Source: Malacoraja senta
Taxonomy: Eukaryota
DNA length: 64,000 bases
Direction: 5' to 3'
Assembly: GCA_038087875.1 (NCBI GenBank)
Contig: CM075990.1
Location: forward strand, 15,378,001-15,442,000
Part shown: positions 1-13,778 of the stretch, in pieces
Layout of the letters: every line of letters starts with the position of its first letter
Position numbering within the stretch: position 1 is the stretch's first letter
Notes under the pieces: generated by a model
The model's database searches: none
Told to the model about the DNA's origin: nothing
What the model saw: only the letters and a program-made list of their open reading frames with translations
Position numbers and translations under genes: made by a program

Positions 1-465
1 ACTTGCCCGAACCGGCCAACATGTCCCAGCTACACTAGTCTCACTTGCCTGCGCTTGGTCCATATCCCTCCAAACATGTCCTATCCATGTACCTGTCTGT
101 TTCTTAAATGATGGGATAGTCCCAGCCTCAACTACCTCCTCTGGCAGCTTGTTCCATACACCCACCACCCTTTGGGTGGAAAAGTTACCCTTCGGATTCC
201 TATTAAATCTTTTCCCCTCTAATTTGAACCTATGTCCTCTTGTCCTCTATTCCACTACTCTGGGCAAGAGACCCTGTGCATCTACCCGATCTATTCCTCT
301 CATGATCTTATACACCTCTAAGATCTCCCCTCATCCTCCTGCGCTCCATGGAATAGAGACCCAGCCTACTCAACCTCTCTCTATAGCTCACACCCTCTAG
401 TCCTGGCAACATCCTCGTAAATCTTTTCTGAACCCTTTCAAGCTTGACAATATCTTTCCTATCAG
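1..465 (-). mobile_element. CR1-clade (HER1-like) LINE 3' fragment
   Basis: Reverse strand encodes a CR1 ORF2 C-terminus (KLERVQKRFTRMLPGL...RLGLYSMERRR) followed by the typical 3' UTR; closely similar to 49104-49560. Confidence 0.85.
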
Positions 466-1924
466 GTTATTGCCAATCTAAATGCAGTTTCAACTCTGCA
501 TCTGCATTGACCTTTAGTAACCTTTCACCCCCTTGTTTATCAAGTCACCGTCTAAATCTACTTAAAAAATATATAAAACATTTTCTTCCTTCTCCCTTTG
601 AGGACAAGTGTTCCAAACAACTCTCAATACTCGGAGGAAAACAAATCCTTGCCTCATCTCTGACTTAAATGGGTGAGTCCTTATTTTTAAAGGATGCCCC
701 TTAGTTCTAGAATCTCCCATGGGGAAATATCCTTTCAACATCTGTGTTGTCAATACCCTTCAGGATTGCAGATGTTTCAATCAAGTCCTCCCTCCTTCTA
801 AACTTCAATGCATGTAAGCAAGCCTCATCTGTCTAACTTTTTCTTTTGAGACCACCAAGTGTTAGTTCGGTGAGGACAGACACAAAATGCTGGAGTAACT
901 CAGCAGGTTAGGCAGCCTCACTGGAGAAAAGGAATAGGACATTTTGGGCCGAGACCATCTTCATACCCTGAACCTTCTTGAACCTAATTGAGGTTCAGTA
1001 AGCCTTCCCTGAATTGCTAATGCAGTAACATTATGAAGTGAGGGGGACAATTCTGTACTTCATACTCCAGACATGGTCTCAGCAATATAACTGAAGCACA
1101 CTCTCTCTATGCAAACAAATACCCTATCATAAATGAAAACATTATGTTACCTTTACTAATTACTTGTTCTGGTTACATACTAGCCTTTTTGGTAACTAGC
1201 CTTCATGTACCAGGACACAAATATCTCTCTGCATCTCAGAGATCTATAATCTCCCAACATTGTAAAGGGAAGGTTTAGAGGATATGGCCCAAATGGGCCT
1301 AACTTGGATGGAGCCACTTGTTCAGCATGGATGAGCTGGGCCGAAGGGCATGTTTCCATGCTGTGTGACTCTGACTCCATGTACTCTTCATTTTTATTTT
1401 CAAGATGGACATATGCTCTATTTCCTACATTATTTTCCATCTGTCAGCCTTTGCCTACCTTCTTAACCTTTCTAGTTCCCTTTGTATTCATTCCCCTTAT
1501 ATCACTTCACAACATAGGGTTTCTCCTTAGAGGGCAAAAGAGACTGCAGGTGCTGGAATGTGGAATTAAAAAAACAGAATGCTGGAAGAACTCAGCGGGT
1601 CAAGCAGCAACTGTGGAAGCAGAAGATGCAGCTCAAGACCTTGCATAAGGACTGAGAGAGAAGGGGAAAGATTGCCTGTGTACAGCGGCATGAGGGAGGG
1701 GATAAAGACAAAGGCTGGTTGGTGAGAAGTTGGTGAGGATCTGACTGGTAGTGGCATCATATTGGATTAGTTTCTTACATGCCTCTATCAACCTTGTCTA
1801 TCAATATGTGCCTCCATCTCCTTCAGTTACATAAGTTGTATAACGTTGTGGTCCTTGTAACAATCACTGAGGCACATTACCCATTACTTATTCCAAACAG
1901 CCCATTTATACTGAAAACAGCCCA

Positions 1925-2210
1925 TTTATACTAGAGACCACAGCTTTAAGGTGTAAGGGCAAAATTGAAAGGAAACTTCTGGGACATGTTTTTGGTTTAC
2001 ATACAGTGATGGGTGCCTGGAATGCACTGCCAGGGTGGTGGTGGAGGCAGATGCAACAATGGCATTTAAGAGGCTTTTGGATAGGCATTTGAATATGCAG
2101 GGAATGGAAGGATATGGATCACATACAGGGAGAAGTGATTAATTCCACGGAGTCATGTTCAGCATGGACATTGAGGGCTGAAGGGCCTGTTCTGCATTGT
2201 TCTACTTTGT
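1925..2210 (+). mobile_element. CR1 LINE 3' end, degenerate
   Basis: Decayed CR1 C-terminal motifs followed by 3' UTR '...gggctgaagggcctgttctg'. Confidence 0.7.
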
Positions 2211-2290
2211 GCGCCTTGTATGTTTCCTATTAATCAATCCGTTGTGCATGATAATATGCTACTTTCTACATTACCTGCTTTTATTTACAG

Positions 2291-2531
2291 GAATAAACTT
2301 GAACATGGCACCTTATCAGATGCTTTATGGAAATCCTCAAATGTTGTGCTTCGTTGGAACAATGAGGATGTTATGGCAGATGCTCTTGAACGTAGCCAAA
2401 GACTAAGTTGCTGCTTCCCTCAGTTCAAGAAGGGCTCTAGCTGGCCAAGTCTAAAACAATGGCCATTATCCCAGCACCTCTATCACAAACATCAGATGAA
2501 TGCAGTGTTAGGGTCAAGTGGATTGAACTAG
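2291..2531 (+). CDS. Candidate terminal coding exon of an unidentified plus-strand gene
   Basis: Acceptor ctgcttttatttacag at 2290, then an open frame NKLEHGTLSDALWKSSNVVLRWNNEDVMADALERSQRLSCCFPQF...SGLN* in non-repeat sequence. Protein not recognised. Confidence 0.35.
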
Positions 2532-3230
2532 AATTATACAACATAGATACAGATCCTTCAGACCAACTTATCCATGTCAACTGAGATGCCCATATAAGCT
2601 AGCCCCATTTGCCTGTGTTTTTAAATGTTATGATTGTACCCTCTTCCAACACTTCCTGCTTGTTCTATATGCTCGCCCCTCTCTGTGTGAAAAACTTGTC
2701 CCTCAGGTCTCCTTTCAATCTTTCCTCTCTCACCTTAAACCTCTGCCCATTAGCTTTCCTGATCCGAAGGGAAAAGGATTTTGACCATCATGCCACTTAT
2801 GATTTTACAAACCTCTAAATTCACACATTAGCCTACTTCACTCCAAGGAAAACTGCCCTGGCTTATCCAGTCTCTCCTTATAACTCAAGCCCTCCAGTCC
2901 CTGCAAAACCCTCTGATTATTTTCTGCACCATCTCTAGTTTAGTCATGTCCTTCCGATAGACTCCTGGTGCAGTCTTACCAACGTACGGTACAGCTGTAA
3001 CATCACGTCCCGACTCTTGTACTCAATACCCATCCGATGAGTGTAAGTGTGCCATATGCATTCTTCACCACCTTGTCTCCCCACTCTCAATGAACTATGT
3101 ACTACTACTACCACCCTGAGGTCTGTCTGTTCTACAACATTCTCTGAGGCACTAACATCCACTGTGTAGATTCTGCCCTGGTTTTACTTCCCAAGATGTA
3201 TCACTTTGCATTTGTCGGAGTAAAGTTCCT
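2530..3230 (-). mobile_element. CR1 LINE fragment, degenerate
   Basis: Reverse strand gives GIEYKSRDVMLQLYRTLVR (CR1 ORF2) plus 3' UTR. Confidence 0.75.
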
Positions 3231-3743
3231 GTATCTCCCCATATTCTCCACCCAAACCGTTGATTATCTGCCCACACTCAGCTGACTCCCATCACCGTCT
3301 GGTCCAGCATTCGGAGTTCTAAGAGATCTGCCCTAAGAGATCTGAAGAGATTCCGCATAAGATTTTAAGCGGAACCAAAAATAAGACAGAAAATTAGATT
3401 AAAAAAATGAAAGGAGAAGAAACATAAAGTCAATTGTGCAATGTCTTTTGAAAAAGGCACGGAAGAATAGATATCGGGCACAGCCATAAATTCCCTTTTG
3501 ATGTCACTGACAGCTGTGAAGAAGTGTTGGGGCATTGGATTGTCATCTCCCCAAGCTCATAATCACTCATGAAGATGCTAATTTGGCCAAATATTAGCAC
3601 TGCTACCGGGATCAAAATGACCTTCTCCAACTTTTATTTCATTATTTTTGATACGGCAAATATTCCAGTCAATTGGAAGGACAGGAGCATTAAGGAACTC
3701 ATGTGTATTTGCGTTGTGCTCATCGGTCTTTGGAAGCAGCACA

Positions 3744-3793
3744 TCACAAAGGTCGAAAATAGCCTGCCGCGAAATTTTCTGTCGCACTGCTGC
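3744..3793 (-). CDS. Candidate last coding exon of an unidentified minus-strand gene
   Basis: Acceptor ttttttctcatag ending at 3794. Entered in phase 1 (matching exon 5287-5362) it reads (G)SSATENFAAGYFRPL*; a phase-0 frame is also open to 3578. Confidence 0.45.
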
Positions 3794-5286
3794 CTATGAG
3801 AAAAAAGTGCACATTTTAGCTTGATAGTTTTTTTTTTTAAACGTGGTCATCACTGCATACATTTCCAAATGACCAAGTTTATTTGTCGGTGCTTTGAAAT
3901 GTTTGGAGGATACTGGGAATGACAGTCGGAAAAGGGATGCGACAGAACTTTCCCAGCTTCCCCCTCTATGAAATGTCATCGTTTCCCTGGCTGAAGCATC
4001 CTGATGAAAGGAGCAGACATTTAAAAGTTTCTGACAGATGTCAAGGATGTTGCCATTGAGCCAGTGCTCCTGATGTAGCTGGAGATGACAGCATCAGAGG
4101 CTTCAGAGCTGGCTGCAGGACATACTGAGTTTGGTGTATGTCGCATTCGATCCATGTTTACTGCATGTAAGAAGGAGGGAGGAAAGTGGTGGTGGTGGAG
4201 GCAGAGGGGGGGGGGCGGGGGCGGGGGAAGGTACTTTGCTTTTTATCTTTCTATCAGGCTGAGGATTGTGGACTTCAGCGCTGAGTGACAGAGATGAACC
4301 AGTCGAAAAATCCGTTGGAAGCAATAAGCGTAGCGTGGTCTGACACAGATTGATAGCACAAGGTGTTTGAGTATTTGGATCAAGTGAGATGTTCCCACTA
4401 ATCACCGTGTGTGCAGAGTTAGCTGATTTCTGTACCTGTAGATATCAGCTCAGACTGGCTCGGGATGAACTCACTCTAAGGGAAGAAAAAGCGCCTATTT
4501 CTGGAAAGGTTTCAGATGAGCAGCATTTGTCATTGAGGGGGAGATGAGTGTAATTAGCTTGTCAGTCTAGTTTGGGCTGAGTTGGCTTGCACTGGTAAGA
4601 AAGATGGACTGACTGCCAGAAGAGCTGACAACCAGTCGATAATGCAGCAATTAATGTCATAAATAATTCTGGAACCAATTATATCAAAATGGACTCCATG
4701 CTTTGAAAAGGAACACTATTCCCTTATCATTTCTCCTAACAGCAGGAACAGCTTTCATTTTTCTCTGTAATTACTTCTTATTCTACACTGCAATACAATA
4801 GTTCTGTTCCTGCTACATTTGGATTTTTTTTTCCTCCTTACAAATACATTTTTTTTTAAAATGATAAACCGCATACAGCACAATCCAGTGTAATAAAAGC
4901 AGTTAATTCACTGTTACATCCAACTGGGACACAATTGAAGGGGAAATAAAAAACTTTTATAAAATACTATTTGGCTTAAGCTTAGATAGGGACAAAAAAA
5001 AAAAAAAACACTTAACAGTGACATTTGGGAATGAAGACATTTATGAAAGAAATGGATCTGTCTTGATATTTTAGAGGTTGCTGCAACATCACTAACATCA
5101 CGGATATTGATTTTTTTTTCCTCCCTTCTCATTGTAGGAATCTGAACACTGGATAAGACAATTCCCCATGCACCAGGGCACAGTAACAAGAGGTGACTGA
5201 AGGAGTTGCCCCTTCTCCCTTAAAGGCTACCTATGATTATTCTAGTCCTTTAGTATTGACAGCTCGCAACGCTGAAGGTCACTCAC

Positions 5287-5362
5287 CATTGGAGGAGACT
5301 CTGAATATCTGCATCACATGGTTTTTCTTCTTGTCGTTGTCACTTGGCATTAATCTTACCGA
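5287..5362 (-). CDS. Candidate internal coding exon (76 nt, phase 0 to 1)
   Basis: Branch-like tactgac, acceptor acgcag, strong donor G|gtgagt. Only one frame is open: SVRLMPSDNDKKKNHVMQIFRVSSN. Confidence 0.5.
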
Positions 5363-6049
5363 CTGCGTGTTGCGGTGTCAGTAATATAGAAGAAAATATT
5401 GGTTAAATACAGCTAGTGTATTTATAAGCTGCTGAAGGTCAAAGCTGATATAATATACTGCGCGGGTAGTCATGGCTCAAGGTCACAACAGCTTCCTGTT
5501 GATAATGTATGAATATTGAAAGTCTCACAGACTCCAATCAACCGACCTAAACCTTGGAACAAAAATTTTACTAAGTAAATCAGTACATGTTCTGGCACTT
5601 CTATTAACCTCTAATACACTGCTGACAGTAAATGAGTAATGATAAATAATATGACGTGGTTGCAAATCACTTTTAGTACCATGGGTGTACGAAACAGTGC
5701 TGGCATGCAGGCATCTGTTAGTACTTAAGCTTTGTTTTTTTACTGGTAAAATTAAACTATATTTTGAGTAAGAAACGGCTAATAAGAAATGAAAAGAAAG
5801 CTTAATAAATTAGCTTTTCCCTCTGGAGGGCTACAGTTATGAATTTTTTTTACATTATTTAGAATTAAGCTCTGTATAAGGGAGCAGGGTTTTATGTGGA
5901 CATTATTTCAACATTTATCATTGGAACACAGAAATAAGTTCATGTCTTGCCATGAAGACAGAACACAACAGGAACATACCATTGAAAGATTGGGGGGGGG
6001 TGGGGTGGGGGGGGGGGGGGGTGGAGAGACATATTTGTACAGCGTGGCC

Positions 6050-6350
6050 TGAGGATATGTTAAAGTACTTTGCAACCAGTGAAATACTTTTGAAATACAA
6101 TTAGATTTGTAGTGTCGGAAACTTCGAGGCTATGCAACCAATTTGTGCACAGCAAGGTTACACAATGTGACAATGGCCCTTAAACATGAGGATGAATTGC
6201 AGGGAGACTTTGGCAAGTTCCAGTCAAAATCTGATTTGCATCGCTTACGATGATTATTTTACACCAATTTTCACTTTCTCCTTCTCATCCCGGCTGAAAA
6301 TCGGGATGGCATCCTCCTGTACTAACAGGGTACTAACCATGTACTGGATC
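6050..6350 (-). mobile_element. Ancient DeuSINE (SacSINE/AmnSINE-like) remnant
   Basis: Blocks resembling the reverse complement of the Deu domain: caaccagtgaaatacttttgaa, caatttgtgcacagcaag, tctcatcc...ggcatcctcc...gtact. Confidence 0.5.
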
Positions 6351-6589
6351 ATGTCCTTCATGAAAGATGCAGGAGCAAAGATTTAATTGGAATCTGAGGG
6401 GTAACATTTTCAGGTGGGTGTATGGAACGAGCTGCCAGAGGAGGTAGTTGAGGCACATACTATCCCAGCGTTTAAGAGACAGTTAAACAGGTACATGGAT
6501 TGGACATGTTTGGAGGAATATGGGCCAAATGTAGGCAGGTGGGGCTAGTATAGCTGGGACATGTTGGCCAGTGTGGGCAAGTTGGGCTA

Positions 6590-7430
6590 TTTCTCCTCAT
6601 TGGCTCCAAATCAGCACTCACTAAAATTAACAACCCCACTCTCACTATCGACGGCACCACTGTCTCCCCATCTCGTCAGGCACGCAACCTTGGCGTGATC
6701 CTTGACTCAACCCTCTCCCTTGAGCCTCACATCCGCCATGTTGTCAAAACATCATTTTTTCACCTCCGCAACATTGCCAAAATCAGATCCTCTCTCACAC
6801 CCCCCGCTGCTGAAAGACTCATCCATGCCTTCATCTCCTCCCGACTGGACTACTGTAACTCTCTTCTTTTCGGAATCAATTCCAGCAGCATCAACCGACT
6901 CCAACTGGTCCAAAATGCAGCCGCTCGACTCATTACCCACACCAAATCCTGGCACCACATCACCCCAGTTCTCAAAGAACTTCACTGGCTTCCCATTTCC
7001 CACCGGATCACCTACAAAATCCTGGTCCTCACCTACAAAGCCCTCAACAACCTGGCCCCCCCCCCCCCTTATCTCATTGACCTCCTCTCCCCCTACAAAC
7101 CCTCACGGTCCCTCAGATCCACATCAGCTGGTCTCCTCTCCACTCCGAAATCAAACCTCTGCACTTTTGGAGGCAGAGCCTTCTCTAGGGCAGCTCCCAG
7201 GCTCTGGAATTTCCTCCCACAACCGGTCCGAATTTCTGAGTCCCTCACCATCTTCCAGTCCCGCCTCAAGACCCATCTCTTCACCTCTGCGTACTCTTAG
7301 TCCCATGTTCCACTCCCTTCTCTCTTACTGCTCTATTTTGTTTTGTTTATTCCTGACTCTCAATTGTAAAGCGACTTTGAGTCCTGAAAAGCGCTATATA
7401 AATAAAATCTATTATTATTATTATTATTAA
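6590..7430 (+). mobile_element. L2-clade LINE 3' fragment with open ORF2 C-terminus, nested in a CR1 3' UTR
   Basis: ORF NLGVILDSTLS...FFHLRNIAKIR...LIHAFISSRLDYCNSLL...APRLWN...LKTHLF; L2 tail tgtaaagcgactttgag...aagcgctatataaataaa + (TTA)n. The host CR1 UTR at 6380-6589 resumes at 7430. Confidence 0.92.
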
Positions 7431-7579
7431 AGGGCCTGTTTCCATGCTATATGACTATGACTCCATGATTATGTTCCAACTAATAAGGTGCAGGCTTGTT
7501 CAACTCACCCATTGGGTCTACCCTAACCATTCAGTGAGATTATAGCTGATATAATTGTGATAACTTCCACATTCCAGCC

Positions 7580-7712
7580 TACAGTCTGAAGAAGGGTCCC
7601 AACCCAAAACGTCATCTGTCCATTCCCTCCAGAGATGCTGCCTGACTCACTGAGTTACTCCAGCACTTTGTGTCTTGCTCAAGATTGCGCATGGTCTGCA
7701 GTTCCTTGTGTC
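7580..7712 (+). mobile_element. Short non-autonomous Penelope pLTR-derived unit
   Basis: ctgaagaagggtcccaacccaaaacgtc...gatgctgcctgac...ctgagttactccagcactttg, homologous to the Penelope 3' repeat at 17255-17357. Confidence 0.8.
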
Positions 7713-7924
7713 TCCACGGTAACCCATCACTCCTTTGCTTCTCAAGAATCTGTCCGCCTCTGCCTTATAAATACTCCGAGACTCTGCTTCCTCTGTCCTA
7801 CGAGAGAGGGTTAGATTCACAAGCCTCTGTGACATCTTCTATGGCCAGAGATCTTGCCAGGACAAATCGAACCAGGAAAAGTGGTGACATTGCATTTGCA
7901 AATTGTGTCTCGCAATCTTGCCTG

Positions 7925-8660
7925 TATTCCCATTTCCAAAAGATTTGGTCTCCATTTATCGACTTATTACAAATATAGGGTGCAACAAAATGTTGATAAT
8001 AAATGGTTTCAGGACCTGGCGAGGGGTGAGTAAAGATATGAAGTAGGTACATCCCTTTTATCTTGTCTTATCTTATCTTACTTTTTTTTTCTCTTTTTCC
8101 TTCTTTTGGTTTTTCTCTTTTGTTTAACTCTTTCTGTGGTTTAGGTCCAGGAGGAGGACTGGACATTTTGGTGCCTTCCCTCACAGTGGAGAGTGTAGAT
8201 TCTACTGTGGGGGGGGGGGGGGGGGGGGGATGTTCGTGTTGAATTTCTTATAGTGTGTTGTGTCATTTTTTTCTATCTCTTTTTATTATTTGTATGGATA
8301 GTCTTCCCTACAACATTTCATATGTAATTTTTGCGCCTCATGTGAGCTGTTATGTTATGTTCTGTTATGTTGTCTGTTTATAATGTCTTGTTTATTCTTC
8401 TGTACAGCACTTTGGCCAACATTGGTTGTTTTAAAGTGCTTAACAAATAAAGGTGGATTGGATTGGACATGGGTGTTCCTGGACCACTCTTTCACTCACT
8501 CACTTACTATCTCTGCCAACTCTCTCTATCCTTTTTTCTTATTAAAGTTTAAAATAAGAAGTGGTACAAGAAATGTATGATTTTATGTTTGTTTGAGATC
8601 ACTGTACTGTACAATACTTCTAATAAAAAAAATATTAAAAAAAAAAAAAAAAAAAAAAAA
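7925..8660 (+). mobile_element. L1/Tx1-like LINE 3' end with poly(A), containing a nested non-coding retroposon (about 8140-8470)
   Basis: FQKIWSPFIDLLQI* resembles a fish L1 ORF2 C-terminus; T-rich UTR; AATAAA and A-tail at 8622-8660. The nested piece ends in an L2-type tail with (GGATT)n. Confidence 0.6.
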
Positions 8661-9157
8661 GAATAATAATAATAATATAATAATACACTTTATTGTCATT
8701 GTAAACACATACAACAAAATTTCAGGCACTCTGCCCGAGCAGAGCTACAACATATCAGATAAATAATAACAAATAACGAATAACAAAAACGGCGAGACGA
8801 AAGGAATCACTGATACCCGGGCAAATAATGCACCTTATTATCTCATTATATCTTGAGCATATCATGACTGAAGAAGTATATAAAAATTATGAAAGGCATA
8901 GATTGAGTAGACAGTCAACACCTTTTTCCCAGGGCAGGTGTGTCAAAGGTTAGTGGGCGTAGCTTTAAGGTGAAAATGGCAAAGTTTAAAGGAGATGTAC
9001 AGGGCATTATTTTTGCACAGAATCTGGTGGGTGGCTGGGGAATGTGCTGCCAGGTGTGGTGACAGAGGCAGATACAAGAAGCTTTAAGACGTGCAGATGG
9101 ATCTGCAAGAAATTGAATAATATGGATCATGTGGAGGCAGAGGAGATTAGTTTAACA

Positions 9158-10378
9158 CTGGACCAAGTGCGGACCCGTTGGGCCCGCCCCCCAACGCAAT
9201 GTTCCACCACTGACCCATAGCCCCCAACTGCGCGGGCGCGGCTGACGGGTTCCCGTTGTGACACCAGAAACCCCTGTTATGACACAAGTCATGGCAACCC
9301 TACCCCAACGGCACAGGCGCGGCGGCAAGTGGGAGCGTGACTGCGACGTTTTTAAAGTTCAAAATGGCAATAACTTGTAAAATATAAGATCAATGTGAAC
9401 GCATCTCACTCTCCCTCTTCAGTCCCTTATTCCCCTCCTCCATTATCCTCCTCCTCACCCTCCACCAACCCTCCTCTGCTTCCTCCCCTCACCCCCTCCC
9501 TTCCCTCCTTTCCCTTCCCCCTTTCCCTCCTCCATTACATCACCATTCCTCTTCCTACCCCTATCCTCCTCCATTCCCCCTCATCCCCTAGCATTGCCTC
9601 CCCCTCCTCTTCACCCTCCCTCTTCTTTCCCCTCTCCTCCTCTCCTCCCCCACTACCTCCATCACCTCTCCCTCCCTCTCCTTTCCCATACCCTCAGTCA
9701 CTTCCTCCCTCCATAACCCCTCTCCCCTCCTTACCCCCCTCCTCTCCCTCTATCTCCCTGCTCTCCCACTCCTCACCTCCCCCCTATACCACCCCCACAA
9801 TGAAAATCGCGTTTTTTTAAACTGAGTTTTTTTTTAATGAAACCTCTCCCCTATCCCACCCCCACACTGAAATTGGTGATTAAAAAAAAAGAAAACTCTC
9901 CCCATCCTACCCCCCCCCCCACAATGAAAATTGCGATGTTTTGTTTTAAATGAAACCTCTCCCCTATCCCACCCTCTCACAATGAAAATGGTGCTTTAAA
10001 AAAAATGAAACCTCCCCCCTATCTCCCCCCCCCCAATGAAAATCACGATTTAAAAAAAACAAGGGTTTCTTAATGTAAATGAAATTGGGGATCCCATTGT
10101 GACGTAATTGTTGGTTGGAACGCTGCTGACGGGCACGGCAAGTGGAAAACTGTTTTCTAAAGTGGTTTTTGTAAAGTTTAAAATCTGAATAATCTGAATA
10201 ATCTGAAATATACCATCAATCTGAAGGAAATTTATTTCATTGATATCACAGGACAATGGTGAGTAAGGCGGGGCAAAAATTGTAGTGCTATCGTGTACCA
10301 TTTTGCGCAAATATAGGAACAAATATAAACAAAAATAAAAACAAACAAACAAGATGAGAATTTTAGTAATATATATAT
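9158..10378 (-). mobile_element. Non-autonomous Helitron-like element, copy 1
   Basis: Minus-strand 3' end has hairpin GCGGGCCC-AAC-GGGTCCGC about 11 nt before CCAG|T. Internal CT-rich tract and about 60-bp minisatellite; homologous to copy 2. Confidence 0.65.
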
Positions 10379-10379
10379 A

Positions 10380-10950
<571 letters not shown>

Positions 10951-11659
10951 CATCATGTTCGACATGGACATTGTGGGCTCTTCTGTTCCATATATACTGA
11001 ATTATCTTGTTCTTGTATATTTTGGGTTTTACAAAGTATTATATTTACGTATCTGTGGCTTCAAGTAAGAATGTCATTGTTCGGTTTTGGGACTTAGGAC
11101 AATAAAACAATGATCTAAATGTTTAGCCAAAGGTTGCTTGGGGTGCCATAATAACTAATTTTGTACAACTTAGTTTTGGAAACTAGGCCTGCTGTTGTAT
11201 TTATCATACTTTTTTGTCATACTTTCACAGGTAGATAATCAGACAAGCTATATTGAGACAGCAAAGAGTAGTTAACAAAGACCAAAAGGTAAGATGTAAG
11301 CACGGGATTCTTACATACGGGAATATGTATAGCTACCAGGGCAAACATCTTCAAGTGGACATTTATATAACATGCCTCATTCTACCATGACTTAAGAAAC
11401 TATTCTCAATAATACTCACAGATGCTTGTAAGAATTGCAGCCTTCAGTTTGTTTGTAGCTGCCCCAGAGGCTTGTGAACCTGTGCATTAGGGTTGAGGTA
11501 CATCCAGGTGGCTGGTGGCCAGAGATTTGCAATGGAGCCGCTGAGTGTTCTGCATTTCTCAGCTTTTACACACGAGGATGCTTCTGAGCTCATTTGGACC
11601 TTCTCACTCAGCACAGTATCACCGTGAGGGGCTGGGGCAAACAGCGCAACGGCAAGAGT

Positions 11660-12380
11660 GTTCCAGCAAGCAGGCCTGGCTCACTGCCGCGGACTCCCCT
11701 TCGCTCTCAGCTGCCCCCGCCAGATACCCCCTTCATTTTAGATGGACCCCCCCCCCACGGGATACCCCCACCCACCCCATTGTTCTCAATGGTCCACCTC
11801 GCGCTCGGGTCCCTCCTCGCTGTCGGCAGCAGAGGAGCCTCACGCCGCTGACCGTGGACTTGCTCTCGGTCAGAGGACCGAGGATCGCCCGCCACAAACC
11901 CACGACGGAGGACACGTCGGGAGACCCCGGCTTGCCCACTTGACCCGGACTCCGAATTTGGCCCCGCTATCGACAATTGTCACATGTACCTAGATACAGT
12001 GAAAGGCTTTGTTTTGCATACAACCCGACAAAATCATACAGCAGACCTGACCTGGGCAATGCACAAGCACCAACATGGCAGCACCCCATGCCCCCGAAAG
12101 GGAGGAGAGACCCGAGAGAGAGGTGGACCGTCGAGAACAATGGGGGGGACCCGGCAGTGGCAGTCGAGAGTGAAGGGGAGTCTCGGCAGGGAGAGTGGGG
12201 GGGGGGGGGTGCCATGTGCTGCAGCAGGCAGTGGATAGCAGCGTTCGGTGAACTTTCGTAGCCATGTTGGTGCTTGTGTATTGGCCAGGTCAGGTCTGCT
12301 GTATGATTTTTTTCGTGTTGTATGCAAAACAAAGCCTTTCACTGTATCTAGGTACATGTGACAATAAAGTATTTATTATT
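11660..12380. mobile_element. Cluster of GC-rich non-coding retroposon pieces with Rex1/Babar-like tails in both orientations
   Basis: 11976-12079 is an inverted copy of 12262-12365; 11690-11820 is inverted relative to about 12100-12185; tail tttcactgt...catgtgacaataaa. Confidence 0.65.
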
Positions 12381-12439
12381 GAATGGTGAGGGGTCGGGGC
12401 ATTTGATGAGGAGCTAGGGCATATAGTGTGGGCCTGGGA

Positions 12440-12900
12440 TTATATGGACGGAGATGAGGAGAAATGTCTTTAGTCGTTTAGTTGTGAATCTGTGGAATTC
12501 TTTGTCACAGAAGGCTGTGGAGGCCAAGTCAATCGTTATTTTTAAGGCAGAGATAGATAGATTCTTGATTAGTACGGGTGTCGGGTTATGGGGAGAGGCA
12601 GGAGAATGGGGTAAGGAGGGAGAGATGGATCAGCCATGATTGAATGGCGGAGTAGACATGATGGGCTGAATGGCCTAATTCTTCTCCAATCACTTAAGAC
12701 CTAATAGTGAAGGGTCAGAGCATATAGTGAGTGGCTGGGTAAAGAGGAAGTTAGATGTGGCCCTTGTGGCTAAGGGGATCAGGGGGTATGGAGAGATACT
12801 GAGTTGGATGATCAGCCATGATCATATTGAATGGCGGTGCAGGCTCGAAGGGCCGAATGGCCTAATCCTGCACCTATTTTCTATGTTTCTATGTTTCTAT
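12440..12900 (+). mobile_element. Two CR1 LINE 3' ends
   Basis: VVNLWNSLSQKAVEAKS...FKAEIDRFL; UTR gatcagccatgat...gaatggc; (TTTCTATG)n tail. Confidence 0.85.
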
Positions 12901-12904
12901 GTTA

Positions 12905-13520
12905 CACATCGGACCCACTGTGGGGACTGCCGTATAAATGGCAGACACATTCTTTCAAAAGCCGCCGTCGATGCCTTGCCCGGGTCCCCACGCTGGAGCT
13001 CTGGTGAGCTGAGGATCGCTGGGGAAAACATCGCGGAGCTGCGGGACTGTGGAGCGACCAGCTGCGGGCGGCGGCGCTGAACTTTTACACCGGGAGCCTG
13101 GGATCTCTAGATGAGATCGCCAGTTGCGGAGCTCCAACCGGCGCGGCCTTGTTGGCTTCGGAAGCCGCGGCCCCCAGTGCGGAAGCGGCCGTTCCAGGGT
13201 TCCCAGGCCACTGGGAGGACTCTCCCGACGCCGGAGCAACATCACCCGGCGAGAACGGCCTGGAACATTGGTCCTCCGTAGAGGCAACTGTGGAGGCCTC
13301 AATGGGCCCGACTATGGGTGAACTGGGGTTGGGGACTGGACTTTGTGCCTTCCCTCATGGTGGGAGCCATTGTGGGGGGATGTTCAGTGTTAAGACTACC
13401 TTGGTGTTATGTCTGTATTCTCTTTTTTGTATGCTGCATAATGGCAAAAAGCATTTCACTTCACTACACCTGGGTGTATGTGACTGTGACTAATAAAAAT
13501 ACCTTGATACCTACCTTGAC
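12905..13520 (+). mobile_element. GC-rich non-coding retroposon with Rex1-like tail
   Basis: CpG-rich body, hairpin at 13351-13380, tail catttcact...gtgactaataaa + short tandem repeat. Confidence 0.55.
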
Positions 13521-13778
13521 TCTGTGGAAATATTTTGGCTATGTATTGGAATTCCTCCTCCTTTTTCCACCAATTGTTTTTAACTATTTATAAGCATTTT
13601 AAGATGTTAATTAATTGAAAAAGCATTTGTATGGTTCTTTTCTATTTTATTTTATTAATAATTTAAATGTACTTGTAAGTGCCTCTGACTGTCACTAAAG
13701 CCCTTTCAAAAGACGTTGGTTCATTGGCTGAGGCCTTGTTGCAGCGCTGCCTCCTAGGGCTGGATTTCAGCTCCTCAC

